A DNA stretch of 64,000 bases, taken from assembly GCF_000143415.4 (NCBI RefSeq), contig NW_003314314.1, positions 1,347,840 through 1,411,839 of the forward strand, written 5' to 3'. Source of the stretch: Selaginella moellendorffii (Eukaryota; Plantae; Lycopodiophyta). The notes beneath the pieces were generated by a model. The model was not told the DNA's origin. It was given only the letters and a program-made list of their open reading frames with translations, and ran no database searches. A program made the position numbers and the translations under genes. This document shows, piece by piece, positions 1 to 12,154 of this stretch (positions are counted from its first letter, which is position 1; each line of letters opens with the position of its first letter).

Positions 1-2370
1 GTACAAACCAAAGCCCTCACCAGTCTTCAAGGGAATGAATGACTATAAGTTGATAGAGGAGTGGTTTTACAATATAGAGGACAACTTTCGAGTGTTGTGA
101 TTACCAAGCTTGAAAAGGGTCCCATATGCAAAACCATACTTAGTAGATAACACTAAATCTTGGTGGAGAACAATAGAGGCCAACAAAGGACTAGTGGCCA
201 CTTGGGAAGTGATGAAGGTGAAGATCCATGTAACTTATGTGCCTTTGAATGTTACTCTCTATTTAAGGGACAAACTGAGTAGACTGAAGCACACCGAAAC
301 CATTCAAGAGTATATGAATGTGTTTATGGCCAAGAGGATTCTTATCATGGATATAGGTAATATAGACATATTCCATGCCTTCATATCAAGCTTATAGACC
401 TGGGCTTAGGGCGAGGTGATGCATTAGAACCTGACTAACTATAAGGAATCTTTAGATGCAGCTATTATGGTGCATTTTGATGATAACTTGTGAAAGGGGA
501 ACACAACAAAGTTAAAATCCATGTTCAACAAAGGAGTCTAACCAAGAGGGACATATAATAAAAAAAAATTTAGGAGGAGTTTCTCTAAGAATGAGTCTTT
601 AGGGTTTTGGAAAGATAGATCTGGTGGCCAAAGAGCAAGTACGTGGGGGATTTAGGTAAAAAGGGATAAACCCTTTAATAAAAAAATGAAGTTTGCTAAT
701 AGTGCAAGAAACAACGTATGTTTCAATTATGTAGAATAGGGATACTTCTTGAGAGTCAAGTCAAGTCAAGTCCAAACTTAGGTATGTGATCTAGTCCCTA
801 GCTCAAAATTACTCATTATACAAGCAACTTTGGTAGAGAGATGTTCATAACATCTACTAGCCTTCCGACAAAAGCTCGAAAGTAGCTTTATTAAGAATTT
901 TATTGGCATAAATGCTTCAGATGATTTTGTGGTTGTAGATATAGTCTAGCAAGCCAAATTAATAGTGCAACAGCTTGGTGAACCAAGGTTTATAGAGTTT
1001 GTTTAATGTGGCTAAAGTATCAATGAGGTACTTTGACAAGTTAAAAGTCAAACTAGAGACATGCTTAGTGGACATGGACTTTATCGTATTAGATATGGTG
1101 GGATTTGACATGATCTTCGGGATGAATTGGTTTAATCAATTTGTGGTAGCCTTGCATAGACAAGGTAGAAACTTAGTGGTATTAGCGAATGTTTGAGGAA
1201 AATGATCCAGAGTGGAATCTCATAATCTAAAGGTAGGGCAATGCAAGGCAAAGACTCCTTCTTGAACCTGGTGTCTACAAAAAGACACTCACTAAAGGAA
1301 CCAAAGAAGCATTTTTGTGTTTGCTCTTAGGGAGGTGTGACAAAAAGACAGGAATAAAGAAAGTACCTTTAGTGATTTAGTAGGTGTTAAACCAATTTTG
1401 AAATACCATGCCAAAGGATGCTAAAGGTGCTGATGAGCCACATTTTTATACACTATTTAAATCATTTCATGGTCATCTATATTAACAACATCTTGATCTA
1501 TAGTGAAACACTAGGGAAGCATGCCAAATACTTGACAAAAGTGTTTGACAAATTAAAGGAACACAAGTTGTATGCTAAAGAGAGCAAATGTGACTTTGCT
1601 CAACAAGAGGTAAAATTTCTTAAGCATGTGGTGGGCAAGGACGGGCTCAAGGTGGACTTGAGAAGGTCTAACTAATCGAGAAATAGGAACAACTATCAAA
1701 TGTACACGAGTTAAGGGTGTTTTTGGCTATGCAACTACTATTGAAAGTTTATCAAACACTATTTGAGAGTAGCTCCACCTTTAATAGACCAAACGAGAAA
1801 AGAGAAGATAATATGGACAGTGGAATGTGAGTGGCATTTATCCAACTCAAAAGAAAATGGAGGAAGACTTTTGTGTTCACATTACAAGACTTTGATAAGG
1901 ACATTATGGTAGAAATAAACACTTCAAACTTTGCATTAAGTGCAATTTTAAAGCAAGATAACCACTCAGTGGCATTCTTCTCGAAGTGGTTGGACAAAGC
2001 TCAACAAAATTGGTTTATCTATGAAAAGAAATTGTTTCCTGTGGTCAAGGTGTTTAAAGAGTGGCCACACTACTTAGGATACACTTCAAGGTATATATGG
2101 ATAATGTGGCAACAAAACATTTCTTGTCACAGCCCCATGTGAACTTATTCAAGCTATACTTTGAGGACCCACTTTGCAAGGACTAAATAAAACCTTTACC
2201 CAAGGTTATTTAAGGGGAGGAGGAATATGAGGTTGAGGCCATCCTCAATAAGCGCAAGAGCAAGTAACAAGGATGTGAGCTAAAGGAATTTTATAAAGTG
2301 GAAAGGATTTACACTCTGCAAAAAAATATAAGAAATAGAGGAGAACCTAGATAACATAAAATCTAATGGA
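1..2370 (+). mobile_element. Decayed Ty3/gypsy internal region (gag, protease, RT, RNase H, chromodomain remnants)
   Basis: Broken ORFs: gag-like KSWWRT (110-397), DMIFGMNWF (999-1196), RT-like VIYINNILIYS...KLYAKESKC (1418-1675), RNase H-like (1831-2142), YEVEAIL chromodomain remnant near 2225. Many stops and frameshifts. Confidence 0.85.
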
Positions 2371-3364
2371 GGAATTTTTGCAAAATAGAACTCTATATAC
2401 TTATACAAAGTTCAATTAAAATATCCATTTCTGAAATTGAGCAATATCATATATTGGGACCTAAAAGCACGCCAAAGGTAAGCTAATTAACATAGGTCTA
2501 ACTAAGTCAACCAAGTGTAGGGAGTTATGCCTAACTCTCTAAAGGGATGTTGAATCCATAGACATATTCTATGGAGGTCTCAACCCTATACAAGGGCAAG
2601 GTGAGGTGAGGGGTATAGAGAGACCTATATCTCATTGGTATGGGCTCTTAGCCAAGGAGGCGAACTTATGCAAACCACTAAATGGGAGGATGCCCCTGAA
2701 GAACAAATCGTAAGATTAAATAGAGACATTTGATGTGGGCATTGAACTTTTTGTATGGGTGGTGGAGTTGTAAGGAATCAACTTCATGAGGTGTTGTAAG
2801 CTAAAGGATCCCTGAAACCAATATCAAAATAATAAAGAGTTCATCAAATGAGACCAAGGATGAAATTGAGAATGAGTCCAAGACTAACTTTGAGACCGAG
2901 TTCAAAATTGAGTCCAAGACTGAGTTCAAGATTGGAGATCAAGTCTGAGTTCAAGATTAAATCCAAGGCCGAGTTCGAATACTAATACAGATTATGGGAT
3001 GAAAGCCTAAAGTGATCATCTTCGGGGGGGGGGAGGGGCTGCAGGGGGTTCCACAAGTATAATAGGGATAGTGAGGTTTAGGAACTAGTCTTGAAGGAAC
3101 TCTCTAATTGTGCTTCTAAACCGACTTAAAGTTGGGACTAGGGGTTGAAGGTCTTGGGTGGGAGTGAGCAGGATTTGGGTGGTGCTAAAGAAGCTAAAGA
3201 AGGAAGTGCTCAAGAGTAACTCCCACTCCCGAAAGGGAAACCGACTACAATGCTCCCAGCTCAAGTGGAGTGGTGCCCTACTTGAGTACCATACGATTCA
3301 TTGGTCCTCACTCCTTAAGGGCTTAGACCTTCCCTTTGGGAAAAAAGTGGGGGAGTAGAGGTAC

Positions 3365-4092
3365 TGAAAGCTCTTGAATTTGAACTTCCCAAGAAGTCAC
3401 CCAACAATATTACTCAAACCTAAGGACACTTAGCCCCAAGTATCCTAAGACCCTTAACTAATTGAAAAAATACCTCCCATCTCATTTGTCCTAGGGTCTG
3501 TAAACTCCTGAGTTTGGATTTCCTGGGAGGTCACTCAGCCCAGTACTATTCAAACCTGAAGACGTTTAACCCCAAGTATCCCAAGACCTTTAACCGATTG
3601 GAAAAAGGGGTGCACTCTTGTTTATGAGCCCTTTCCCTCTATATTTGATCCCCATAGACTGTCTTTTGAGTCATTCTCTTTGGTTGCTTACAATCCACCA
3701 TACTTCCCTACAAGTGCACGCCCTCATGAACAGAAGTTAAGAGCCATAGCTCTCTTGAAAGCCCCACTCTCTTGACACCCTACCCCTCGGGTTGAGCCCA
3801 ATTGAAGCAAACTAAATCTGCCAGACGTCAATCAATATATGGTGTGATTCTCCTAAGCTAACTAATAGAGTCGAACCCAAGACCTCTCTAATACCAAATG
3901 TAAGCTTCTGAATTTGGACTTCCCAAAAGGTCACTTAGGCCAGTACTACTCAAACCCAAGGACACTTAACCCTAAGTATCCCAAAACCCTTAACCGATTG
4001 AAAAAGATGGTGCATTCTTATTCATAGGCCATTTCCCTCTATATTTAATCTCTATGGACTGTCTCTTGACTCATTCTCTTTAGTTGTTTATA
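3365..4092 (-). mobile_element. Cassandra-like TRIM with 5S rRNA-derived LTRs (tandem form: partial LTR + LTR + internal + LTR)
   Basis: GGTAC TSD at 3360-3364 and 4093-4097. Two 194 bp LTRs at 3499-3692 and 3899-4092 (TGTAA...TTACA/TTATA) and a truncated third at 3365-~3470. tRNA-Met-type PBS (minus-strand TGGTATTAGAG, 3886-3896) and purine tract (3693-3709, minus). Each LTR holds ~55 nt resembling the 5S internal promoter region. Confidence 0.85.
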
Positions 4093-4466
4093 GGTACCCA
4101 TACTAAGTCGTTATGCCACAATGTTTCCCCCCAAGGTCCCGAAGCAAAAGATGCACTAAAGGCTTGGGATTTTAAGGGTTTCATAATCAAGTCTTGTTAT
4201 ACCAAGGGATGTTAAGAAGCTAGAGGCTTAGTGTGTTTAGCTGCTTATGGCTCCGGGGAATGTAGGTGAAGCTTAAGTCCAGTTTAACCCAGGGAAAGGG
4301 ATTGGGAGAGAATTTGAAAATCCATGAATGGATGGATAACACTCCATTGCTCATGTAGTGAGTAGTTGAAACTAAGTAGAACTAAGTAGAAGCTAGTACA
4401 ATAGGTGGGAACCTTGGCAAGGGAACTTAATTAAGGCCAAAGTAGTGGTCGTCAAATAAATGAAGT

Positions 4467-6183
4467 TGTGAGACACAAAACCCCTAGGCCCTAAAGTGGA
4501 GCCAGAAGGGTGCCACGTGGTAATGGCCAAAGTGAAAGACAAACGAGCGTAACACGTTTGGACTAAAAGCTCCGACTTGAAAGGTCGAGAGCGGGAGTGG
4601 AACTCCTAACAAAGTGCTTGAGGAATGAGCACAAAGCGAGCAATAAGCGAGGCTCTAAAAAGGGACCCAAAAGGATCAACACATGATACGTGGAGGAGTC
4701 TGAGATGGAGTCCGAGATGTACTCCAAGACGAAGTCCAAGATGGAGTCCGAGATGGACGGAGACGGAGACAGAGACGGAGTCCGAGATGGAGTCCGAGAT
4801 GGTCCCGAGATGGACCCAAGATGGAGTCCAAAATGGAGTCCGAGATGGACCGAGGCAGAGTCCGAGATGGAGTCCCAGATGGACCCAAGATGGAGTCTGA
4901 GATGGACCGAGATGGAGTTCGAGATGGAGTCCGAGATGGACCCGAGATAGAATTCGAGATGGAGTCCGAGAAGGACTCGAGATGGAGTCTGAGAAGGACT
5001 CGAGATGGAGTCCGAGGTCGAGATCGAGACCGAGACCGGGACCGAGACCAAGACTCGGACCGAGACCATGACCAAGACCGAGACCGAGACCGAGATCGGG
5101 ACCAAGACCGAGACTGAGGCCGAGGCCGAGACCAAGCCCGAGCCCGAATCCGAGTTCGAGTCCAAGTCCGAATCCGAGTCTGAGTCCGAGTTCGAGTCCG
5201 AGTTCGAGTCTGAGAGGGTGAAAGCCCAAAGCATTCGTCTCCCAGACCCTGGGGGGTTTGGTGAGTTCCAAAAGTATAGTAAGGGGGGAGGACTGCAGTG
5301 GAGCCAGTTTGGCCAGGAAAGGCCAGTTTGGCCCAGGAAGTATTGGGTGATGAGCTGCCCACTGGGAAGTCCAAGACTAGAATGAATATGGACTGACAAA
5401 CGGAGTGTTCAAGAGCCGGCTCTAGTTTCCCCGGGAGATTGACTAGCCGATGCTCCCAGTCCAAGTGTGGGTGGCACTACCTACTTGGATACACAGTGTG
5501 GCTTAACGGAACCTCACTCTAAGCCTATGGCTAGAGCACCCAAAGGTAGAAGGTGGGGAGAGTACCTATAAGACTCGCGTAAGGCCACGGTGTTCCGAAA
5601 TGTTGTCACAAAGTCCTAGACGGTGAAAAGGAAGAGGAGCAATCCTCTAGTGTAGTGACTAAGGATACGGTCACATGGTGAGGAAGTCCTAAAGGATAGT
5701 GGGACTTAGGGGTTTGGCCTGTGAGCCTTGATCTAGTGGCAATGTTGGCGAACACGGCCATGGACAAAAAGGGACTTGGTGGGGATTGGAAAAGGGGTAT
5801 TGGGGAAGGCTAATCCCCATGTCTGTGGCCATCCTAAGGATGCTAAGGAGTGGATCTGGGATGATCACTCATGGATGGATGGCTAGTTTTTGAGAGATGG
5901 AACTGTGATGCAGGTGGTGTTAGACCACCAGTGTGACCAAGGTGAAGGGGCATGGCCTTAGCGTAACAGGTTGATATGTTGATGGTACTTTGGGGTCAAT
6001 CATGGGATCGGACACGTGGAGCACTTGGACCAAGTGCAAAGGTTGAGTGGCGGGGATGCCATTCGTGGGGCTAGCAAGCCCAAGTCCGAAATAGGACTTA
6101 TGGAGGTTATGAGTGAGACTCCTCCAAGTGGTCGGAGGTGTGGTTAAGTGACTAAAGTAGAATGGAAAATTTAGTCACTTACA
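4467..6183. mobile_element. Probable solo LTR (~1.7 kb) carrying an internal minisatellite
   Basis: TGTGAG...CTTACA termini, near-TSD GAAGT (4462-4466)/GAGGT (6184-6188). Homologous in inverted orientation to 9567-~10660 and to the older copy at ~2800-3360. Confidence 0.6.
4635..5215. repeat. Degenerate 6/12-mer tandem repeat (GAGATGGAGTCC / GAGACC / GAGTCC units)
   Basis: Visible periodic sequence; explains the low-complexity ORFs in all frames. Confidence 0.95.
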
Positions 6184-6229
6184 GAGGTAAGCTGGCAAAT
6201 TAGAAAGGAAAAATTTGTGGCTTACAAGT

Positions 6230-6482
6230 TACCAACACTAGCAAATGCAAGTCAATGAATGAGTTTCTTTAACTAAGCTAAGTGTATTTCGATAATAACA
6301 TTTAGGAATTTTGTTCTTATGCTCATCTGGTTAAGTGCATATGTGATGACTAGTTTCTCAACTTAGGTGGAGACTATAAAGTGAATTGGTAGTATTAATC
6401 TTTTACCATTGTAGTAGTAAATAAAGAGTGTCTATAAGGATTAGCCAAATATCTTTTGATAGCTAAAGTCATATCCACAACA
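6230..6482 (-). mobile_element. Diverged partial LTR of the 47694-55019 chromovirus family
   Basis: Reverse complement resembles ~47694-47955. Confidence 0.7.
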
Positions 6483-6499
6483 TGAAGTCAATCCAAAAA

Positions 6500-7441
6500 T
6501 GTAGTGCACCTGAATTTGGAGCTGAACTCCAAGCCCATTGCACTACGAAACGAGAGTCCAGTATAATCCCACGAGCACCAACTCTCCGTACTAGCACCTA
6601 CACGTAAAATGGTGTCAAACAGAGTCTAACACAATTTTGGCATACCGGTGGCCTAACGCGAAGAGGAGGGTACCCCACCAACTAGAGCAGCGTGGAGCTT
6701 GGGCTTAGACCCAAGCCAGATGCAAAACAAGGAGCGACACAGCCTAGCGGGAGCCAAACTAATATCTCAAGTGGTCAGACATGTATTCTAACCACTATCC
6801 CTACTTAACATTTGGCTTCATAAGCCCTCCCCCCCCCCCCCCCTTCCCCCTTAAGGAACACACACTTTGGGCTTTCACCCCAAGCCTCCCTTAGTACTAA
6901 GAGTTAGTCTTTGGGACAAACTCGAAACTTACTAAATATGGAATGTCTCTAGATTGAGAATTTGGACACAAGATGAACACCAATGTGTTCAGGCCAATCT
7001 CTACATTCCCTACATATGCCAAATAAGCAAATCCATACACTTTCCATAAATAGCATTTAAATAGCATTTAGGACCGAAATGAGACTAACACAAAGGGCAT
7101 AATAGCGAGGGTGTTTGGCAAACACGGTAAGCTATCATCCAGCAATATTGAGGGATTAGTCTCAATACGCGAGGGTTCTTGTCACTAGCCAATGCAAGGT
7201 ATAACGAGATAGGAATTCCTTACTGGGCTAAGTATGCTTAACTAATAGCATGTAGGAATTCCATCTTTATGCTCATCTGGTCTAAGTACACTCGAAATGC
7301 CCAATTAACTCCACTAACACAAAAGGGGATACCAAAGGGATCCAACTGTACCGACCTCCTACTGTCATGACAATAAAGAAAAAGTGTTCGTAAGGATTGG
7401 CTAACAAGTATCTTTCGATACCCAAAGTCACATTCGCAATA
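6500..7441 (-). mobile_element. Solo LTR of the 47694-55019 chromovirus family
   Basis: Full-length reverse-complement match to the 916 bp LTR; AAAAA on both sides (6495-6499, 7442-7446). Confidence 0.9.
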
Positions 7442-7446
7442 AAAAA

Positions 7447-9540
7447 AGACAAATCCATCAACAAAAAGACTAAGTCCACTAGTAATACAAGGAATACTAT
7501 TTGTTACAATTGCGGCGAGATTTGTCATTTCTTGAAAGAATGTCTTTACCTAAAGAAGGCTAGGATCAACATGACCATTAAGTTGGGTGAAGCCTAAACT
7601 AAGGTATATCTAACCCCTAGCTCAAAACTATTTATTATATAAGCAAATTTGGTAAACAATCACTCATAACATTTACTAGCCCTCCAAGGGAAGCCGGAAG
7701 GTAGTTTCATTTAGAGCCTTATTGACATTAGTGTAACTTGGTTGTAAACATACTCTAATAAACTAGACTAATTATATAGCAACTAGAAGAACTAAAGACT
7801 ATAGAGTTTATTCAATGTAGCTAAAGCATTAATGAGGTACTTCAGCAAACACAAGTTAAAGTAGGGATATAAAAAGTGGATAGGGATTTCACCATTTTAA
7901 ATATAACAAAATTTGATATGATCTTTACAATGGATTGGTTTAATTGGTTTCTAGTAACCTTGCATGGCAAAGGTAGGAACCTAGTGGTAGTAGTAAATGC
8001 CTTTGGAGAATTATCTAAGTTGGAAGACAAGGATCTAAAGATAAGGCAAAGTAAGTCCAAACACTTTTGCTTAAATCTAGTATCCACAAGAAGACAATTC
8101 ACTAAAAGAATTAAAGTGGCATTTTTATGTTTACTCTTTATGAGAAGCGATAAAAAATGGAAACAAAAGAAGTGCCTTTCATGATTCAATAGATGTTGGA
8201 CTAATTTTGAAATGACTTGCTGGTGGGATTACCTCTGCTTGATTGATAGAACATAAGATTATGTTGGTTGAGGGTGCTAAAGTAATGGTTCATACCCTTT
8301 ATCACTTGAATGAAAAAGAGCTCAAAGAACTTAAATGTTAACTTAAGGAGTTGGTTGATAAAAGGTATATTACATTGAGCAATTCATCATATAAAGCTTA
8401 ATGTTATTTGTGAAAAATAATGATAGGTCTATATGCATGTGCATAGACTATTGGTTGCTCAACAAGTATACAAAAACAAATAAGTACCCTTTACCAACAA
8501 TTGAGGATTTATTTGATAAGTTAGGAAAACTAAGATACTTCTCTTGAATTAACCTAAGGTCATGATGATAGTACTAGATCAAGGTAATATAGGAAGATGT
8601 TGAAAAGATAACTTGTCAAATGAGGTATGAAAGCTTTGAGTCTATAGTGATACTCTTTAGGCTATATAAAGTGTCACAACTTTATCTTTATACCCTATAT
8701 AGATCACTTTTTAGTCATCTACATTGATGATATCCTAATTTATAGCAAAACCCTAGAGGAGCATGCTAAGCATTTAACAAAAGTGTTTGAGAAACTAAGA
8801 GAACACAAGTTGTACACAAAAGAGAGCAAATATCACTTTCCTTAACAAAAGGTAAAATTTGTTGGGCATGTAATAGGTAAAGTATAGGCTCAAAATGGAC
8901 TCTGAGAAAGTACAAACAATTTAGAAATGGGTGTAACCATCAAATATATATGCATTAAGGGCATTTCTAAGGCTATAAAATTTAGAGTTGCTCACCCCTT
9001 AATGTAAAATGGGAAAGGGAAGATGGTATGGATAATAGGATACAAAGCAACATTTATCCACCTGAAAGGAAGGTTGAAGAAGGCTTTCATATTAGTGTTA
9101 CTAGACTTTAGTAAAGATTTTGAAGTAAAACTAAATGACTTTGAGGTAAGATGTATAGGACTAGATAAAGATATGCTCAACATGTCAGTAAGTAAAGGCT
9201 GTGACTAAGGCTAGTGGGGGCTTGATTGTCTATGGAAATGTCTTACAATGAACTTTATTACAGAACTCTCCTCAAGTGAGGGGTTTGATGCTATATTTAT
9301 GGTGGTAGATCAATTTTAAAAAATGGCATATTTAATACCCAACACAATGGAAATTGATATGGAAGGTATGGCGACATTATTCTTTGAAAAAATGGTTCAT
9401 GTTTAGGGAAGGCCAAAAGAAATTATCTCAGATTAAGATAAGATATTCACTAATAAGTTCTGGAGAACACTCTTGAAGTAGTATCATACCATATTAAATT
9501 CATCATATCTTATCATCTATAAACTAGTATTAAACATTAA
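7447..9540 (+). mobile_element. Decayed Ty3/gypsy gag-pol (same family as 1-2370)
   Basis: Zinc knuckle CYNCGEICHFLKEC, protease region FDMIFTMDWF, RT YIDDILIYS near 8720, integrase-like remnant 9240-9520. Heavily interrupted. Confidence 0.85.
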
Positions 9541-9566
9541 GTCAAGTCATATGGTAATAACAATTT

Positions 9567-10660
9567 TGTAAGTGATTAAATTTCCATTCCATTTTTGTCA
9601 CTTAAACACACCTTTGACCACTTGAAGGAGTCTCACTCACAACCTCCATAAGTCTTATTTCTAACTTGAGGACATGCTAGCCCCATAAATGGCATTTATG
9701 CCACTCAGCCTTTGCACTTAGTCCATGTGCTCCATGTGTCTGATCCACGACAGACACTCAAAGGTACCATTGATATATCAATCTATTACCATATCCTATA
9801 GCTATGTCTATTGACTTTTGTCTCATGGGTAATCCAAAACCACCCATACCACAATCTTGTCTTTCACACATTGGGCCCTCTGTCCATGAGTGGTCATCCC
9901 AAGACCACACCTTAGCATAAGATATGAGGAACACCCTTCCCCAATATCCTTCTTCAATCCTCACCAAGTCCTTTTCCATCCATAGTTGTGCTCACCAACA
10001 TCGCCACTAGGTGAAAGGCCTGACCACTAAGTCCCATTGACCTTTGAGACTTCCTTGCCACGTGACTGTATCCTTGTGGGTACTCTCCCTACCTTCTACC
10101 TCTGGGTGCCCTAGCCATGTGGCTAGAGCGAGGTTCTGATGAGCCACTCCAGGTATCCAAGTAGGTAGTGCCACCCACACTTGGATTGGGAACATCAGTC
10201 ATTCAATCTCCTGGGGGAGCTAGAGTCAGCTCTTGAACACTTCACTAAGCTACCCTACTTGTCCATCCATGTTCATTCTAGCCTTCAATTCCTCAATAGT
10301 TATATCATCACCCACTATGTGGGTATAGCCTTCCTTGCTCACATTAACCTTTTCTACCAAACTGGTTCCATTGGAGTCCTCCCCCTACTATTCTTTTGGA
10401 GCTCACCAAACCCCCCTGGGTCTGGTAGACAATCACTTTGGGCTTTCACCCTTGGACTTACACTCAAACTCAGACTTAGACTCAAACTTGAACTCAAACT
10501 CGTTCTTGCTCTTGGTCTCAGTTTTGGTCTCAGTCTCCATCTGGTTAAGGATCCTATCCCCTTACACCCTAAGCCACCTTTAGCCAGTTGGCTTAGGGTG
10601 TAAGGGATAGGATCCTAACAATCTTAGACTCAACCTTGGGCTCCATCTCAGACTCCTCCA
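9567..10660. mobile_element. Inverted, diverged copy of the 4467-6183 LTR family
   Basis: Starts TGTAAGTGA, the reverse complement of the 6183 terminus. Colinear similarity to ~5150-6183, including a shortened repeat tract. Confidence 0.8.
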
Positions 10661-10699
10661 AGAAAGAAATCCACATGATAAATGTCTGTGAGATAAAAA

Positions 10700-12023
10700 G
10701 TCTCAACAAGTGTGGTTTTGCCAACCAACACTTCCAGCCCCTTTACAAAAGTTTTCATTGTCATCTCGCATTGCAAATTTTGCAACTTTTTAATATCCAA
10801 CTTACTATCATTAGAAGATTTACTATTCTTCTTGCTCTACTACTTGTTCTTCAACTATGGATAATCAACCTTCTAGTGTCCAAGCTCATCACAATGATGA
10901 CAATCTTCCCTATAATTCATCACAAATAACTTTTGCTCCCTTTGCATCTGAAATAGTCACCACAAATTTCAACTTATGATGTTTTTTCCCATCCTTGTGA
11001 TCATGGCAATCATCACAATGTTTCTCAACTGAAAGACTCTTTGAGTGCATGATAGACTTTGCTTGTCATTGTTAAGTCAACAACCCACATCAAATAGCTC
11101 TTCCAAACTCTTTGTATGTTGGTAATGACACAAGGGCTGTCTCATGCTCTCACTATGAAGGCCATTAATGAAGTACTCTTACTCTTATTTAGATCTTTCA
11201 TTGGAACATGAATCAAGTGAGTAAGCTTCTCAATATAGTCCCCAAGCATTATTTTCCCTTGCTGAAAATGTCAAAGTTCCATACAGACATTCTCAACATC
11301 ATAGTGAATGGCAAAAGATAAACAAAAAGCAACCTCAAACTCATCCATAGTAAACACTGGTGGTTTTTTGTCCACAACACAAGACTCCTCAAGACCATTG
11401 AAGACCCACATCATGCAAAACCATTGAAATAACCACTAAAGCCTTCGCATCTAGAGTTCCTTTGGTAGCCAAGAACTTCTTCAGATTGGCTAGTCAAGCC
11501 AAACACTTGTCCATGCCACCATCACCAAAAAAAGTTAAAACTATGAGCCAATCCACCAATTATGTTTTACTTGGAGCAGCAGCCTCAAGTGCTTCAACAC
11601 ACCCACACATGGTAGCCATCATGCCATGCATCTCCTCTTGCATCCCTTGCTGATTTTTTTGAGGGCTAGTAGCTCATGAACATCATGGATAGTCCAAATC
11701 TCTGTAACTCTGTCAGGACTACCATTGGCACCACCATTGATATTAGGATTCCAGTGTTCATCTTAGTTGGCCATCGCAACAAACTCCTCAGATACCAATG
11801 TTATAATCTGGCACTAAATAACAAAGACAAAGAAGTCTAGCCTCTGTAGACTATGCTATGCCTCCTCTTGAGGTTCCTCACCACCCAACCACCCCTGAAT
11901 TACCTCAAAAGCTCCACTGTGCCACTGCTCCATAGGGTAAGTTAAGTTCCTTACTATGCCTTAACATACCCTTGAGCTTCCCTTAACCCATGTTGACCAC
12001 CTGGTCAAAGCTGGCACTTAACA
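10700..12023 (-). mobile_element. Degenerate LTR retrotransposon 5' end (short LTR, PBS, gag remnant)
   Basis: TG...CA segment 11799-12023 next to a minus-strand tRNA-Met PBS (plus-strand ctcagatacca, 11787-11797); gag-like decayed sequence downstream. Confidence 0.5.
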
Positions 12024-12154
12024 ATTTTGGTAGCAGCTCCTTATTTCCCAAGAACAATGTGTTGACAAGAGATGATTTCTAGAGGCAGTGTCAATGATGA
12101 TTAGTATAAGTTTTACACTGGATCCTCCAAAGATGCAACCAGTACTGGTCCAAA

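Noticed and set aside
3365-4092. True 5S rRNA gene array or CRISPR-like repeats
   Set aside because: Only ~55 nt of 5S similarity, embedded in LTRs with PBS, PPT and TSD; no full 120 nt gene and no repeat-spacer structure.
4563-5464. Long low-complexity ORFs (SR-, GL-, ES-rich) in several frames
   Set aside because: Products of the hexamer-based tandem repeat inside an LTR; no evidence of coding function.
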